Below are positions 21,736 through 31,742 of a DNA stretch of 64,000 nucleotides, piece by piece. The notes under the pieces are model-generated. The model made no database searches, had not been told where the DNA came from, and was given only the letters and a program-made list of their open reading frames with translations. The first letter of the stretch is position 1, and the number at the start of each line of letters is the position of its first letter. Origin of the DNA: Gemmatimonadota bacterium (lineage in GTDB: Bacteria; Gemmatimonadota; Gemmatimonadetes; Palauibacterales; Palauibacteraceae); contig JAZGCO010000068.1 in assembly GCA_036476995.1 (NCBI GenBank), forward strand, positions 183 through 64,182, read 5' to 3'. Position numbers and translations under genes: made by a program.

Positions 21736-22301
21736 AGCTCCATCCGTTGATTCGGAAGGCAGGCGAGGAGCGGCAGCTTCCCGCGTGGACGCGCTGCACT
21801 CCCGAACGGCTCAAACACGTGCGCTGCGTATCAGATCTCATGGGAGACTGGGCGGAAGCTCTCGATCTGCCGTTCGACGAAGTGGTCCGCTGGAAGGCGG
21901 CCGGCTGCCTACACGATGCGCTGAAAGACGCCGAGCCCGAAGAGCTGGAGCAGCTGGTGGCGGGACGCTGGCCGGCAACGCTGCTGCATGGTCCAGCCTG
22001 CGCCGAGCGCCTCCGCCGAGATGGTGTCGAGGACGAGGAATTTCTTCTGGCGATTTCGTTTCACTCAACCGGACACCCTGACTTCGGACACCTGGCTGAC
22101 TATCTGTACATGGCCGACTATCTGGAACCCGGCCGCACCTTCAGCAGGAAGAAGCGAGCCGCGCTGAGAGCGAGTCTTCCGGAAGAGCGAACCGCGGTGC
22201 TCGCCGCAGTAATTCAGCTCCGGGTGGATCGCGTTCTGGCTCACGGCCACGAAGTCCTGCTCGAGTCAATTCACTATTGGAACCGGTTGGTAGCGCAGTG
22301 A
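21734..22301 (+). CDS. HD-domain phosphohydrolase, YqeK-like
   Basis: AAGCLHDALKD...LLHGPACAERLRRDGVEDEEFLLAISFHSTGHPDFGHLADYLYMADYLEPGR resembles YqeK/Ap4A-hydrolase HD proteins. GTG start overlaps the panC stop. Confidence 0.55.
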
Positions 22302-22753
22302 AAAACAGGCTCCATACCGTTCTGGTCGTCGCCGTGCTCGTCAGTGTCGGTGTGCTCGTTGGTTCGTTCTGGTTGGAGTGGCGTCACGCTCGGCTCGATG
22401 CTGGCCGGCCTCCGGGGGTGTTTCCCGGGCGTCCGGCAACGGCCGACCGGGTCCGTCTGGAAGACCGAATCGCGGTGGAGGTTCTGAACGGGGCGGGAGA
22501 TAAGGGTGCAGCAGCGCAGGTAGCCGATAGGCTGCGGGCCATGGGCTTCGACGTCAAAACGTACGGTAACGCCAGGCGGTTCGATCACGAACGGACCACG
22601 GTTTTCGACCGCAGCGGCCACGCAGGGGCCGCCGCCGAAGTGGCGGACTCATTGGGAGGCCCTCCGGTTGTAACGGAGCCGCGGCCGTATCTGCGTCTGG
22701 ACGCCACCGTGATTCTCGGCCGGGACTGGAAGTCCTTCGCCGAGCGCCGCTAG
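22298..22753 (+). CDS. membrane-anchored LytR_C (LytR C-terminal) domain protein
   Basis: N-terminal TM segment VLVVAVLVSVGVLVG. RIAVEVLNGAGDKGAAAQVADRLRAMGFDV...TVILGRD is the LytR_C signature. GTGA overlap with the upstream stop. Confidence 0.55.
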   Translation: MKNRLHTVLVVAVLVSVGVLVGSFWLEWRHARLDAGRPPGVFPGRPATADRVRLEDRIAVEVLNGAGDKGAAAQVADRLRAMGFDVKTYGNARRFDHERTTVFDRSGHAGAAAEVADSLGGPPVVTEPRPYLRLDATVILGRDWKSFAERR

Positions 22754-23811
22754 CCTGCCGCAGCCGCAACGTCGCGCTCCAGGCGCAGCTGCCCGCACGC
22801 GGCCGCGATGTCCCGTCCGCGGGGTTGCCGAACAGCGACCGGAAGTCCGCGGTCTTCGAGGGTTTCCCGGAACCTCTCTACCCGCTGCGCCGGACTGGGG
22901 CGCCAGTCGATTCCCGGAACCGGGTTCAGCGGGATCAGGTTCACGAACACCTGCAGACCGGTAGAAATATCCGCCACCTGCCGCGCCAGGTCCACCGTAT
23001 CGTTGACGCCGTCGATGAGCGTGTATTCGAAGGTGATGCGCCTTTTCTTGATCCTCTGATAGTCTCGAAGCGCCTCAAACAGATCCGGTAGCGGGTAGCG
23101 CTGCTCCACGGGGACAAGCAAACTTCGCAGTTCGTGGTTTGGCGCGTGCAGAGAAACTGCCAGTCGGAAGGCCTCAGGGCGACCGGTCAGCTGCCGAATG
23201 CCAGGGATCAGACCCACGGTAGACACCGTGATTCGGCGAGCTCCGAGTCCGAAACCGCCGTGAATCACCGACAGTGAAGCGAGGACCGCTTCCGTGTTGG
23301 CGAAGGGCTCACCCATCCCCATGAACACGAGATTCGAGACGGGCCGCCCGAACACCGCGCGCGATGCCTGGTCCGCCTGTCTGAACTGGGCCACGATCTC
23401 CTCCGCCCTGAGCTGACGCCTAAAGCCGAACATGCCGGTCGCGCAGAAGCGGCAGGCGAGCGCGCATCCCACCTGCGACGAGATGCACAGCGTGACGCGT
23501 CCTTCGACAGGGATGAGAACGGATTCCACCTGCTCTCCGTCTTCCAGTGCCCACAGGTGCTTGAGCGTCCCATCTCTTGATCGGGCCGAGAACGCTTCGT
23601 TCAGCGGCGTCAGTGAGTACTCCTCCGCGAGCGCGGTTCTGAGCGGGCCTGGGATGGAACTCATATCTGAGAAGGAGGCCGCTCTGAGTTCATACGCCCA
23701 CGACAGTACCTGTCGAGCCCGGTACGGCTTTTCACCCCAGGCTGAAAGGAACTCCGAGAGGGACTCCTTGGCGGCTGCGGGAGAGAGACCCAGAAGAGGC
23801 TGTGGCGTCAT
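22750..23811 (-). CDS. rlmN: 23S rRNA/tRNA (adenine-C2)-methyltransferase, radical SAM
   Basis: CALACRFCATGMFGFRRQL is the radical-SAM CxxxCxxC. YRARQVLSWAY at the N-terminus. Start at MTPQ. Confidence 0.9.
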   Translation of the reverse strand: MTPQPLLGLSPAAAKESLSEFLSAWGEKPYRARQVLSWAYELRAASFSDMSSIPGPLRTALAEEYSLTPLNEAFSARSRDGTLKHLWALEDGEQVESVLIPVEGRVTLCISSQVGCALACRFCATGMFGFRRQLRAEEIVAQFRQADQASRAVFGRPVSNLVFMGMGEPFANTEAVLASLSVIHGGFGLGARRITVSTVGLIPGIRQLTGRPEAFRLAVSLHAPNHELRSLLVPVEQRYPLPDLFEALRDYQRIKKRRITFEYTLIDGVNDTVDLARQVADISTGLQVFVNLIPLNPVPGIDWRPSPAQRVERFRETLEDRGLPVAVRQPRGRDIAAACGQLRLERDVAAAAG

Positions 23812-24002
23812 AGATGACCCTTTGAGCGGGCGCTGCAAAACGGCCCGATTCGAACTGGAAGAAACCCGAAAACTACGCCCTCAAACGCTGCCGACTTGCT
23901 TGCTGGCCCGCAAGTGCCGGGGTATCTTGGGCCGGCAATTATGCACCTGTGCACGGGATCCGGGTCACCCCGCTTGTCAGGCATTCCAGACCGTGCGCTC
24001 AT

Positions 24003-25886
24003 ATGGCGGCGGCGCTCAGCCCACCCCGTTCCGGAAGACCAGGAGGATCAAACCCGCTTTTGACTGAAACCGTTTCTCCGACCGCGTCCGGCGCCGGGAA
24101 TGCTTCGGCCACCGCACTGCGCGACTTGCGATGCGGAGACCTGGCCGCTTCCTGGACGGATCGGCCGGTTCGAGTGGCAGGCTGGGTCCACCGCAGACGC
24201 GACCTCGGTGGACTCTTTTTTATCGATCTCAGAGACAGGGCCGGGCTCGTGCAGCTGTCGTTTCGCCCCGACTGGACCAAGGAAGATTCCCTGGCCCTGG
24301 CTGGCCAACTCGGGCCCGAAGACGTTGTGGCCGCTAGCGGCACCGTCCGCGCTCGTCCGCCTGAGATGGTCAACGCCGACATGCGCACCGGCGAGGTGGA
24401 GATCCAGGTGGAGACCCTCGAGCTGCTATCCAGGGCTGCCCCACTCCCGATCCTAGTAGCTGTGCCGCCGGAAGAGGCGCTGCCGGCCGAAGAACTGCGG
24501 CTTCGGCATAGGGTCCTCGACCTTCGCCGGCCTCACATGCTGCACAACTTCGAGATCCGCCACCGCGCCGTGACCGCCGCTCGAGCGGCACTGAACGAAG
24601 AAGGTTTCTTGGAAGTCGAGACTCCGTTTCTGACTCGCCGCACACCGGAGGGAGCGCGCGACTATCTGGTTCCTAGCCGAGTTCACCCCGGCGAGTTCTA
24701 CGCCCTGCCTCAGTCGCCGCAGATCTATAAACAGCTGCTGATGGCGGCGGGCTTCGATCGATACTATCAATTGGCGCGCTGCATGCGAGATGAGGATCTG
24801 CGCGCCGACCGGCAGCCGGAGTTCACGCAGGTGGACGTCGAGATGTCTTTCGTCGAGGAACCCGACGTATTCGGCGTATGTGAGCGAATGTTGGTCCGTA
24901 TGTTCCAGGAAACGCTGCAGGTCGACCTCGATGTCCCCTTCCAGCGGCTGACCTACGCCGAGGCGATGGAATACTACGGGTCCGACAAACCTGACCTGCG
25001 CATCTCGTGGCGCATTCAAGACCTGACCGCCTCCCTGACCGGCATTGGGTTCGGAATATTCGATTCGGCGAGTGAAGCGGGCGGGCGAATACGTGGTCTG
25101 CGAGTACCGGGCGGAGCAGTTCTGTCCCGGCGTCAGTTGGACGAAGCCGATGACATGGCGCAGACGGCAGGGGCCAAGGGCGCGATGTGGCTCAAGCGAA
25201 CGGCAGAGGCCTGGTCGGGGGCTCCGGCTCGGTTCGTAGATGACGCCGTAGCGCAGAAACTGCGTACGGAACACGGAGTTGAGGAAGGCGATCTGCTCTT
25301 TCTCGTCGCTGGCCCCGACGCTGAGACGGGACCGGCGCTGGATGCTCTGCGGCGCTACGCGGCCCGGCAGCTCGGCGCCGTGGCCGACGGCTTCGCTTGC
25401 TCCTGGATCACCCGGTTTCCTCTGTTCGATCCGGACCCCGAGACGGGCCTGCCCACGTACGGCCACAATCCCTTTGCCATGCCTCTGGACCCGGATCCCG
25501 ATACTCTCTCGCAGCGGCCCTACGAGCAGCTCTCGCGAGCCTACGATCTGGTCCTCAATGGTGTGGAGCTGGCGAGCGGTAGCATTCGCTGCCACGACGC
25601 CGAGCTGCAGAGAACTATCTTCCGGACCCTCGGGATGTCGGACGAGGAGATACAGGCCCGGTTTGGATTCATGCTGGACTCGTTTCAGCACGGGGTGCCC
25701 CCGCACGGCGGGTTCGCGCTGGGTCTGGATCGGCTGGTGGCCACTCTCGTCGGGGCCGATTCGATTCGCGAGGTGATCGCGTTCCCCAAGACGTCTGCGG
25801 CCCGAGGGCTCATGGAAGGCGCCCCATCGGCGATCGACGAGGCTGGATTGGCGGAACTCGGGCTTAGCCTTCGGCAGGCCGAATGA
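24003..25886 (+). CDS. aspS: aspartate--tRNA ligase
   Basis: RCGDLAASWTDRPVRVAGWVHRRRDLGGLFFIDLRDRAGLVQL is the OB anticodon-binding domain. Class II motifs. ...FPRELGV-like C-terminus. Start uncertain (ORF opens at 23949). Confidence 0.88.
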   Translation: MAAALSPPRSGRPGGSNPLLTETVSPTASGAGNASATALRDLRCGDLAASWTDRPVRVAGWVHRRRDLGGLFFIDLRDRAGLVQLSFRPDWTKEDSLALAGQLGPEDVVAASGTVRARPPEMVNADMRTGEVEIQVETLELLSRAAPLPILVAVPPEEALPAEELRLRHRVLDLRRPHMLHNFEIRHRAVTAARAALNEEGFLEVETPFLTRRTPEGARDYLVPSRVHPGEFYALPQSPQIYKQLLMAAGFDRYYQLARCMRDEDLRADRQPEFTQVDVEMSFVEEPDVFGVCERMLVRMFQETLQVDLDVPFQRLTYAEAMEYYGSDKPDLRISWRIQDLTASLTGIGFGIFDSASEAGGRIRGLRVPGGAVLSRRQLDEADDMAQTAGAKGAMWLKRTAEAWSGAPARFVDDAVAQKLRTEHGVEEGDLLFLVAGPDAETGPALDALRRYAARQLGAVADGFACSWITRFPLFDPDPETGLPTYGHNPFAMPLDPDPDTLSQRPYEQLSRAYDLVLNGVELASGSIRCHDAELQRTIFRTLGMSDEEIQARFGFMLDSFQHGVPPHGGFALGLDRLVATLVGADSIREVIAFPKTSAARGLMEGAPSAIDEAGLAELGLSLRQAE

Positions 25887-26875
25887 GCGACAAGACGCGG
25901 GAAACGACGGCGGTTCAGCACAGTCTGCCCAGTGAGGGCGCCGACGAGCTCCTGTTGGCCGGCGTGAACGACGTCAATCTGAAGACGCTGGCCAAGTTGG
26001 GCGATTGCCGCGTCATCATGCGCCGCGACCACCTCATATTGTCGGGCGAGCCCGAGGCGGTTGCCCGATGCAAGCCGGTGGCGCAGCGCATGATCAAGCT
26101 CGCCCGCCTCGAGCGATCATTCGGTCCGGCGGATGTCGAGCGGTTCCTGACCGAGGCGGTTTCGGATGGTACCGGTGACGCCGGCCCCGACGAAGTGGCG
26201 GACGATGAGTTGGCGGTAACGCTCCCGGGAGCGCGGCGAACCATTCGGCCGCGGTCGGCGGGCCAGCGTTCGTATCTCAAGGCAATTCGGGACAACGACA
26301 TCGCGGTCGGAATCGGGCCGGCAGGCACGGGGAAAACGTATCTAGGCGTCGCGATGGCGGTCGATTCTCTGGTGCGCAAGCGGGTCAGCCGGATCATCCT
26401 GACCCGGCCAGCGGTCGAGGCGGGTGAAGCACTCGGATTTCTTCCGGGTGACATCCGGGACAAGATCGATCCGTTTCTCCGCCCCCTGTATGATGCTCTC
26501 CAGGACATGCTCCCCGCGGACCGGATACAGCGCGCTATTGACGACAACATGATCGAGATAGCGCCGCTCGCGTACATGAGAGGCCGAACGCTGTCCGATG
26601 CGTTCCTGATCCTGGATGAAGCGCAGAACGCGACCACGGCGCAGATGAAGATGTTTCTGACCAGGCTTGGAACAAATTCCCGTACGGTCATCACCGGCGA
26701 CAAGACACAGATCGACCTGGCCAGTCCGGATGATTCCGGCCTACTGGAGATTGAGGAGATCCTTCCGTCCATTGAGGGAATAGAGTTCGTATACCTGAAC
26801 GAACAGGACGTGGTTCGCCACCGTCTTGTAAAGGACATCATCCGGGCCTACGCCGACCAAGGAGACGACGGGTAG
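25883..26875 (+). CDS. phoH: PhoH-like ATPase (PhoH/YbeZ family)
   Basis: VGIGPAGTGKTYLGVAMAV is the Walker A. LILDEAQN is the Walker B. Confidence 0.9.
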   Translation: MSDKTRETTAVQHSLPSEGADELLLAGVNDVNLKTLAKLGDCRVIMRRDHLILSGEPEAVARCKPVAQRMIKLARLERSFGPADVERFLTEAVSDGTGDAGPDEVADDELAVTLPGARRTIRPRSAGQRSYLKAIRDNDIAVGIGPAGTGKTYLGVAMAVDSLVRKRVSRIILTRPAVEAGEALGFLPGDIRDKIDPFLRPLYDALQDMLPADRIQRAIDDNMIEIAPLAYMRGRTLSDAFLILDEAQNATTAQMKMFLTRLGTNSRTVITGDKTQIDLASPDDSGLLEIEEILPSIEGIEFVYLNEQDVVRHRLVKDIIRAYADQGDDG

Positions 26876-29151
26876 TGGGAAGAATTGACTCGTCCCTGGC
26901 GGCCGTGCTTCACGCGTTTCGGGCTCTCAACCGGCCTCCGGGTGACTCCATGCCGGCTCGGGTGATTCACCACGGCTATCGAGTGATTCTGGTCGTCGGG
27001 ATCGCCCTGTTGCTACCGTTCCTGTTCCCGCGCGTCCCGGTACCGGACGCGGTCGCTCTGCAAGAAGGGATGGTCGCTCCGGATGATGTGATCGCGTCCT
27101 TCGACTTCGTGGTCCCCAAGTCTCCCAGTCGGCTCAAGGCGGAACGCGCCGAGGCTGCACTCGGGGTGCCTCTCGTGTTCGTGCTGGACACCGCGGCGGT
27201 GGATACGGCCGTGAACCGCACCAACCAGTTCTTTGATTCGCTGAGCGAAGCGGGAACCGGCGCCGGCCAGGACTCAGCTGGGGTTGAGCGCTACCTCAGG
27301 TCTATCGGCATGGAGACGACGGGGGCGCAGCTTTCGTACCTGGCCGACGAAGGACGACGGTCCGAGTTGAGGCAAGCGCTTACTCTGGCATACGCATCCA
27401 TGCTGCCGTCGGGGGTAGCGCCCGGGCTCGACATGCAGGGAATCACGACCAGCCGGATCGTAGTCAAGACCCGCGCCGCGGATCTCATGGTGGATCGGGA
27501 TTCGGTAGTAACGGTTGGGCAATTCTTTCAGGCCGCAGCGGCGCTGGCCCCCAGCTCTGCCGGGGCTGACGTGTTCCGGCTGTACCAGAACCTGCTGGTG
27601 AGGTTCTCCCAGCCGAGCCTGGTCCACGATGGCAGCGCCACGGAGATGGCTCGGAGTGAAGCCAGAGCCGCGGTGGATACGACTGCCGGGTTCTTTCTCG
27701 AAGGCGAGCGCCTCATCTCCGCGCACGAACGTGTTGGGCGTCCCGAATCAGAGCGCCTGCGGGCCTACAACAACGAGCTCGTCCAGCGGGGTCTAGCCAG
27801 CGGAGCGGGCGGAGTGCTCGCGCTGGGCGGAGGCGTTCTGTACGGCCTGCTCCTGGTCGGAGGAGTAGCCCTCGTTCTCCTTTTCTACCGGCCCGAGATG
27901 TACCACGATGTTCGGGCGGTGACCATCGTGATGGGACATCTCGTGCTCGTGCTGGTGGTCGCCAGCCTGATCGCGGCCGGTTCCGCCAGCCAGGCGCTAA
28001 TTCCGATCGCGTTCCTGGCCCTGAACATCGGCATCCTGTACGACGGACTCGTTGCACTCGTGGTCGTTATGTTGGCGGCGGCTCTGGTGGCCGGGCAGAT
28101 GGCGTTCTTCGGACTCGACGTCGCGCTCCTCATGATCGCCGGCGGCGGCGCGGCGGCGATTGGAGCTCGCGGCATACGGCGGCGCACTCAGGGTTGGTTC
28201 GTCATTGCGGGGATCTCCGTCGCCTATCTGCTGGCAGGAGCCGCCATCGCCGGTATCCGCCCGCTTCCCGTGTCCACCGTGTGGCAGACATTCCTCTGGG
28301 GAAGCATCAATGCCACGATCTGTACAGCGGTAGCAATCGGCGCCGCCCTGCCGCTCCTCGAACGGATCACCGGGCGGACGACGGACCAGACCTTGCTCGA
28401 GCTCTCGGATCTCAACGGGCCACTGCTGCACGACCTGTCCCTGAAGGCGCCCGGCACCCACGCGCACTCGATAAACGTGGCGAACCTGGCCGAGGCTGCC
28501 TGCGTGGCGATCGGTGCGAACCCGGTGCTGGCCCGAGTCGGAGCCTACTACCACGACGTCGGCAAGATGGTGCAGCCGCATTTCTTCGTCGAGAATCAGC
28601 CTGCAGGCCGAAACCCGCACGACCGACTTCCGCCCGCCAGGAGCGCCGCGATCATCCGAGACCACGTCAGCGAGGGCGTGCGGCTGGCTTCCGAGCGCAG
28701 GCTTCCGCAGACCATTCAGAGCTTTATCCGAGAGCACCACGGGACGATGGCCATTGAGTATTTTCTCGGTAAGGCCCGCGAGGAAGGGGCGGTGGATCTT
28801 GATCCGGGCGACTTCGCGTACGCCGGTCCACGGCCCCAGAGCCGGGAAACGGCAGTTGTCATGCTGGCCGACGGGGTGGAGTCGGCGTCCAGGGTGCTCC
28901 GCGATCCGAACCCCGAGAGTATCCGGGAGCTGATCGATCATATCGTGGACGAGAGAATTCGGGCCCGGCAGCTGGACGAGTGTCCTCTTACGCTGGCAGA
29001 CCTGGAGAAGGTGAAGGTTCAGTTCGACCGTATCCTCACCGGCCTGTACCACCGCCGCATCGATTATCCTGGTGGAGTCACTGCCGACAACGGGATCGGC
29101 GAGAGTCATGGGATGGGTGATACCGCCACGGGCGGGAAGGTCAGCGGCTGA
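26875..29151 (+). CDS. 7TM-receptor-linked HD/HDIG phosphohydrolase (PgpH/YqfF-like, c-di-AMP phosphodiesterase family)
   Basis: Extracellular region, seven predicted TM helices and a C-terminal HD domain (HSINVANLAEAA...YHDVGK). GTG start overlaps the phoH stop. Confidence 0.8.
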   Translation: MGRIDSSLAAVLHAFRALNRPPGDSMPARVIHHGYRVILVVGIALLLPFLFPRVPVPDAVALQEGMVAPDDVIASFDFVVPKSPSRLKAERAEAALGVPLVFVLDTAAVDTAVNRTNQFFDSLSEAGTGAGQDSAGVERYLRSIGMETTGAQLSYLADEGRRSELRQALTLAYASMLPSGVAPGLDMQGITTSRIVVKTRAADLMVDRDSVVTVGQFFQAAAALAPSSAGADVFRLYQNLLVRFSQPSLVHDGSATEMARSEARAAVDTTAGFFLEGERLISAHERVGRPESERLRAYNNELVQRGLASGAGGVLALGGGVLYGLLLVGGVALVLLFYRPEMYHDVRAVTIVMGHLVLVLVVASLIAAGSASQALIPIAFLALNIGILYDGLVALVVVMLAAALVAGQMAFFGLDVALLMIAGGGAAAIGARGIRRRTQGWFVIAGISVAYLLAGAAIAGIRPLPVSTVWQTFLWGSINATICTAVAIGAALPLLERITGRTTDQTLLELSDLNGPLLHDLSLKAPGTHAHSINVANLAEAACVAIGANPVLARVGAYYHDVGKMVQPHFFVENQPAGRNPHDRLPPARSAAIIRDHVSEGVRLASERRLPQTIQSFIREHHGTMAIEYFLGKAREEGAVDLDPGDFAYAGPRPQSRETAVVMLADGVESASRVLRDPNPESIRELIDHIVDERIRARQLDECPLTLADLEKVKVQFDRILTGLYHRRIDYPGGVTADNGIGESHGMGDTATGGKVSG

Positions 29152-29603
29152 CGCCCGAACTGGGGCCGAAGGTCGAGCTGACCCTCAACCGGATCGGCGA
29201 GTGGCCTGAATGGACGGAGTGGAGCCAGGACATCGAGGCGGCGGCCGCTCTGGCCCTTTCAGCTGTAGCCCCGGACCTTGGCGGCGAGCTGTCCATAACG
29301 CTTCTCCCTGACGACGAGATCCAGGACATGAATCTGCGGTTTCTGGGCCGCGACCGGACCACCGATGTACTGTCGTTCTCCCTCGGGGATGAAGACGGCT
29401 TGATCGGCGATGTCTATCTGTCTCCAGAAGAAGTTCGCCGCAACTCGGCCGCTCACGGCGTTCCACATCGCGAAGAGGCCCTGCGCGTCGTGATCCACGG
29501 AACACTGCACGCCCTTGGCCTGGATCACCCGGACGAGTGCAGAGAGGAATCAGACATGTTCCGCCTGCAGGAGCGGTTGCTAAAGAGCCTCGGCCGCAGC
29601 TAG
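29148..29603 (+). CDS. ybeY: rRNA maturation endoribonuclease YbeY (start codon non-canonical or uncertain)
   Basis: C-terminal HGTLHALGLDHPDE zinc motif. Frame open from 29121. Upstream sequence EWSQDIEAAAALALSAV...ELSITLLPDDEIQDMNLRFLG matches the YbeY N-terminal half. First in-frame ATG is at 29328, which would delete that half. Confidence 0.65.
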   Translation: MTPELGPKVELTLNRIGEWPEWTEWSQDIEAAAALALSAVAPDLGGELSITLLPDDEIQDMNLRFLGRDRTTDVLSFSLGDEDGLIGDVYLSPEEVRRNSAAHGVPHREEALRVVIHGTLHALGLDHPDECREESDMFRLQERLLKSLGRS

Positions 29604-29612
29604 GCTGAACGA

Positions 29613-30233
29613 ATGACTCGCGCCAAGCTGATGCAGCGCCTGCGCCGGTACCTGATCACGGGGCTTATCGTGATCGCTCCCATTGGTGTGACGGCGGGCG
29701 TTCTGCTGTGGCTGTTCCAGCAACTGGATCCGATTCTCGGCCGCTATCTGACCATTATCACCGGACGCTCTTTTCCGGGCCTGGGCCTCGTGGCCTTGCT
29801 GACGATCGTGGTCATGGTGGGCTGGGTCTCTCAGAAAACGCTCGGCCGCCGCGCCCTGTGGGCGTGGAACTCGGTCCTGGACCGAGTCCCGCTCGCCAGC
29901 AAGATCCACAGCGGCTCCTCCCAGATCGTGCGCGCGGTGCTCGAACGTGACGAGAAACTATTCCGCGCCGTCGGCCTGATCGAGTATCCCCTGCTCGGCT
30001 CCTATGCGCTCGTATTCGAGACAGCCCACGCACCCGACGAGGTTCAGGAGTTCATCGGTAGTCCGACCGTGAGCGTGTTCCTGCCCACCGCACCCAATCC
30101 AACGTCCGGGTACCTCCTGTTCCTACCGCGCGACGATGTTCAGCGCCTGGAAATGACCGTCGAAGAGGGTGTGAAGATGGTGCTGTCCATCGGCGTCGCC
30201 GTTCCCGGCCAGGACGGGGAGGTAGCGGTGTGA
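29613..30233 (+). CDS. DUF502-family membrane protein
   Basis: MTRAKLMQRLRRYLITGLIVIAPIGVTAGVLLWLF is the typical DUF502 N-terminus. Confidence 0.65.
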   Translation: MTRAKLMQRLRRYLITGLIVIAPIGVTAGVLLWLFQQLDPILGRYLTIITGRSFPGLGLVALLTIVVMVGWVSQKTLGRRALWAWNSVLDRVPLASKIHSGSSQIVRAVLERDEKLFRAVGLIEYPLLGSYALVFETAHAPDEVQEFIGSPTVSVFLPTAPNPTSGYLLFLPRDDVQRLEMTVEEGVKMVLSIGVAVPGQDGEVAV

Positions 30234-31591
30234 GCGAGTCGACCGACCGGCGGTTCGAAACGCGAGACAGAGTTCGGGGGCTGCTGGAATCCGGCGCCCT
30301 GAACGAACTGCGCGGCCTCCTGGAAGGTTTCCATCCCAGCGATGTTGCAGAGCTCCTCGAGGACCTGGAGCAAGCGCAGCGTGTCGTGTTTCTGGAGCTG
30401 CTTCCGGCCGAGGTCGCGGCTGACGTCTTGGCCGAGGTCGATGAGGCGGAGCATCCTGCGGAGCTGCTGGCCCTGCTGGATCCGGAGCGTATAGGCAAAA
30501 TCGTCCAGGACATGGCGGATGACGACGCCGCGGATCTGATCGGAGAGCTGGATCCCGCAGAGCAGGCACGCATCCTGGCTCAGGTGTCGCAGTCGGAAGC
30601 AAGCGATATCGAGCGCCTGCTCCACTATGCCGAGGACACGGCCGGCGGGATCATGACCCGCGAGATCGTGGCGATCTCCGCCGACCTGACGACCGGTGAA
30701 GCGATCGAGGCCGTGCGCAGTCAGGCCAGCGAGGCGGGCGACTTCTACACGATCTTTGTCGTAGATGCGCACAACTTTTTGAGCGGAGTCGTATCGCTCC
30801 AGAGTCTCGTGATCGGTGATCCGGGCGCCCCAGTCTCGGAGCTGCTCGAGGAAGCGCCAGCGGTTGTGCATGTCGATATGGACCAGGAGGATGTTAGCCG
30901 CACGCTCTCCAAGTACAACCTGGCCGCCATCGGGGTAGTGGATTCGTCGGGCAGGCTGGTGGGCCGAGTCACGTTCGACGATGTGATCGATGTGCTGGAA
31001 GCGGAGACGACCGAAGACATCCTGCGCTTCGCGGCTGTTTCGGAGGAAGAGGAGCTGCGAGGTTCCACCGGCGATGCCATCCGGAGCCGTCTGCCGTGGC
31101 TCCTGACCAGCCTTGTTACAGCGGCCCTGGCCGCCTCGGTAGTCGTGGCGTTCGAGGCCACCATCCAGCAGTTCATCATTCTGGCCGCCGCCATCCCGGT
31201 GATTGCTGGGGTGGGGGGTAACGCGGGCACGCAGGCGCTTGCCGTCACGATTCGCCGTATCGCGCTCTCCAATGAGACGCTCTCGGAACGCATGCAGGTG
31301 GTCAGCAAAGAGCTCGCCGTAGGGATGGTCAACGGCCTGGTGGTTGGCGTCGTGGCTGCTCTACTCGGCTTTCTGCTGCCGGAAGTTCCGGGGTTTCGGT
31401 TCGGGCTGGTGGTGCTCTTCGCCATGTGGGGAAGCCTGGTTATCGCGTCGTTCCTCGGGGCCTTCATTCCGATCATGCTGGAGAGCATGGACGTGGACCC
31501 GGCCGTAGCGTCCTCTCCGTTCGTCACGACGATTACCGACGTAATAGGACTGCTGCTACTCCTCGGCCTGGCGAGTGTGATGCTGGTTTGA
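30230..31591 (+). CDS. mgtE: magnesium transporter MgtE (N-domain, tandem CBS, 5-TM)
   Basis: ELLEDLEQAQRVVFLELLPAEVAADVLAEVD is the MgtE_N domain. CBS pair, then TM region with the GNAGTQ motif. Confidence 0.9.
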   Translation: MSESTDRRFETRDRVRGLLESGALNELRGLLEGFHPSDVAELLEDLEQAQRVVFLELLPAEVAADVLAEVDEAEHPAELLALLDPERIGKIVQDMADDDAADLIGELDPAEQARILAQVSQSEASDIERLLHYAEDTAGGIMTREIVAISADLTTGEAIEAVRSQASEAGDFYTIFVVDAHNFLSGVVSLQSLVIGDPGAPVSELLEEAPAVVHVDMDQEDVSRTLSKYNLAAIGVVDSSGRLVGRVTFDDVIDVLEAETTEDILRFAAVSEEEELRGSTGDAIRSRLPWLLTSLVTAALAASVVVAFEATIQQFIILAAAIPVIAGVGGNAGTQALAVTIRRIALSNETLSERMQVVSKELAVGMVNGLVVGVVAALLGFLLPEVPGFRFGLVVLFAMWGSLVIASFLGAFIPIMLESMDVDPAVASSPFVTTITDVIGLLLLLGLASVMLV

Positions 31592-31742
31592 GTCATGAAG
31601 CCCGGAGATTGGCACTGAACTTGCCCGTCACTGGAGGAGGGTTGAGAATGCAGGATCGTAGCCAATGCATGGCAGAGAGTGCGACGCGGGAGGTCATGCC
31701 ATCGGTCGCGCCAATACGAACCGAAAGCCACGGAAACCGCAC

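Noticed and set aside
24453-25706. 417-aa minus-strand ORF antisense to aspS, plus similar long antisense ORFs (27997-29109, 30745-31887, 35455-36561, 38349-39272, 25915-26841, 47455-48252, 1172-1933)
   Set aside because: Each is entirely inside a well-supported gene on the other strand, and the translations are Arg/Pro/Gly-rich with no recognisable domains.
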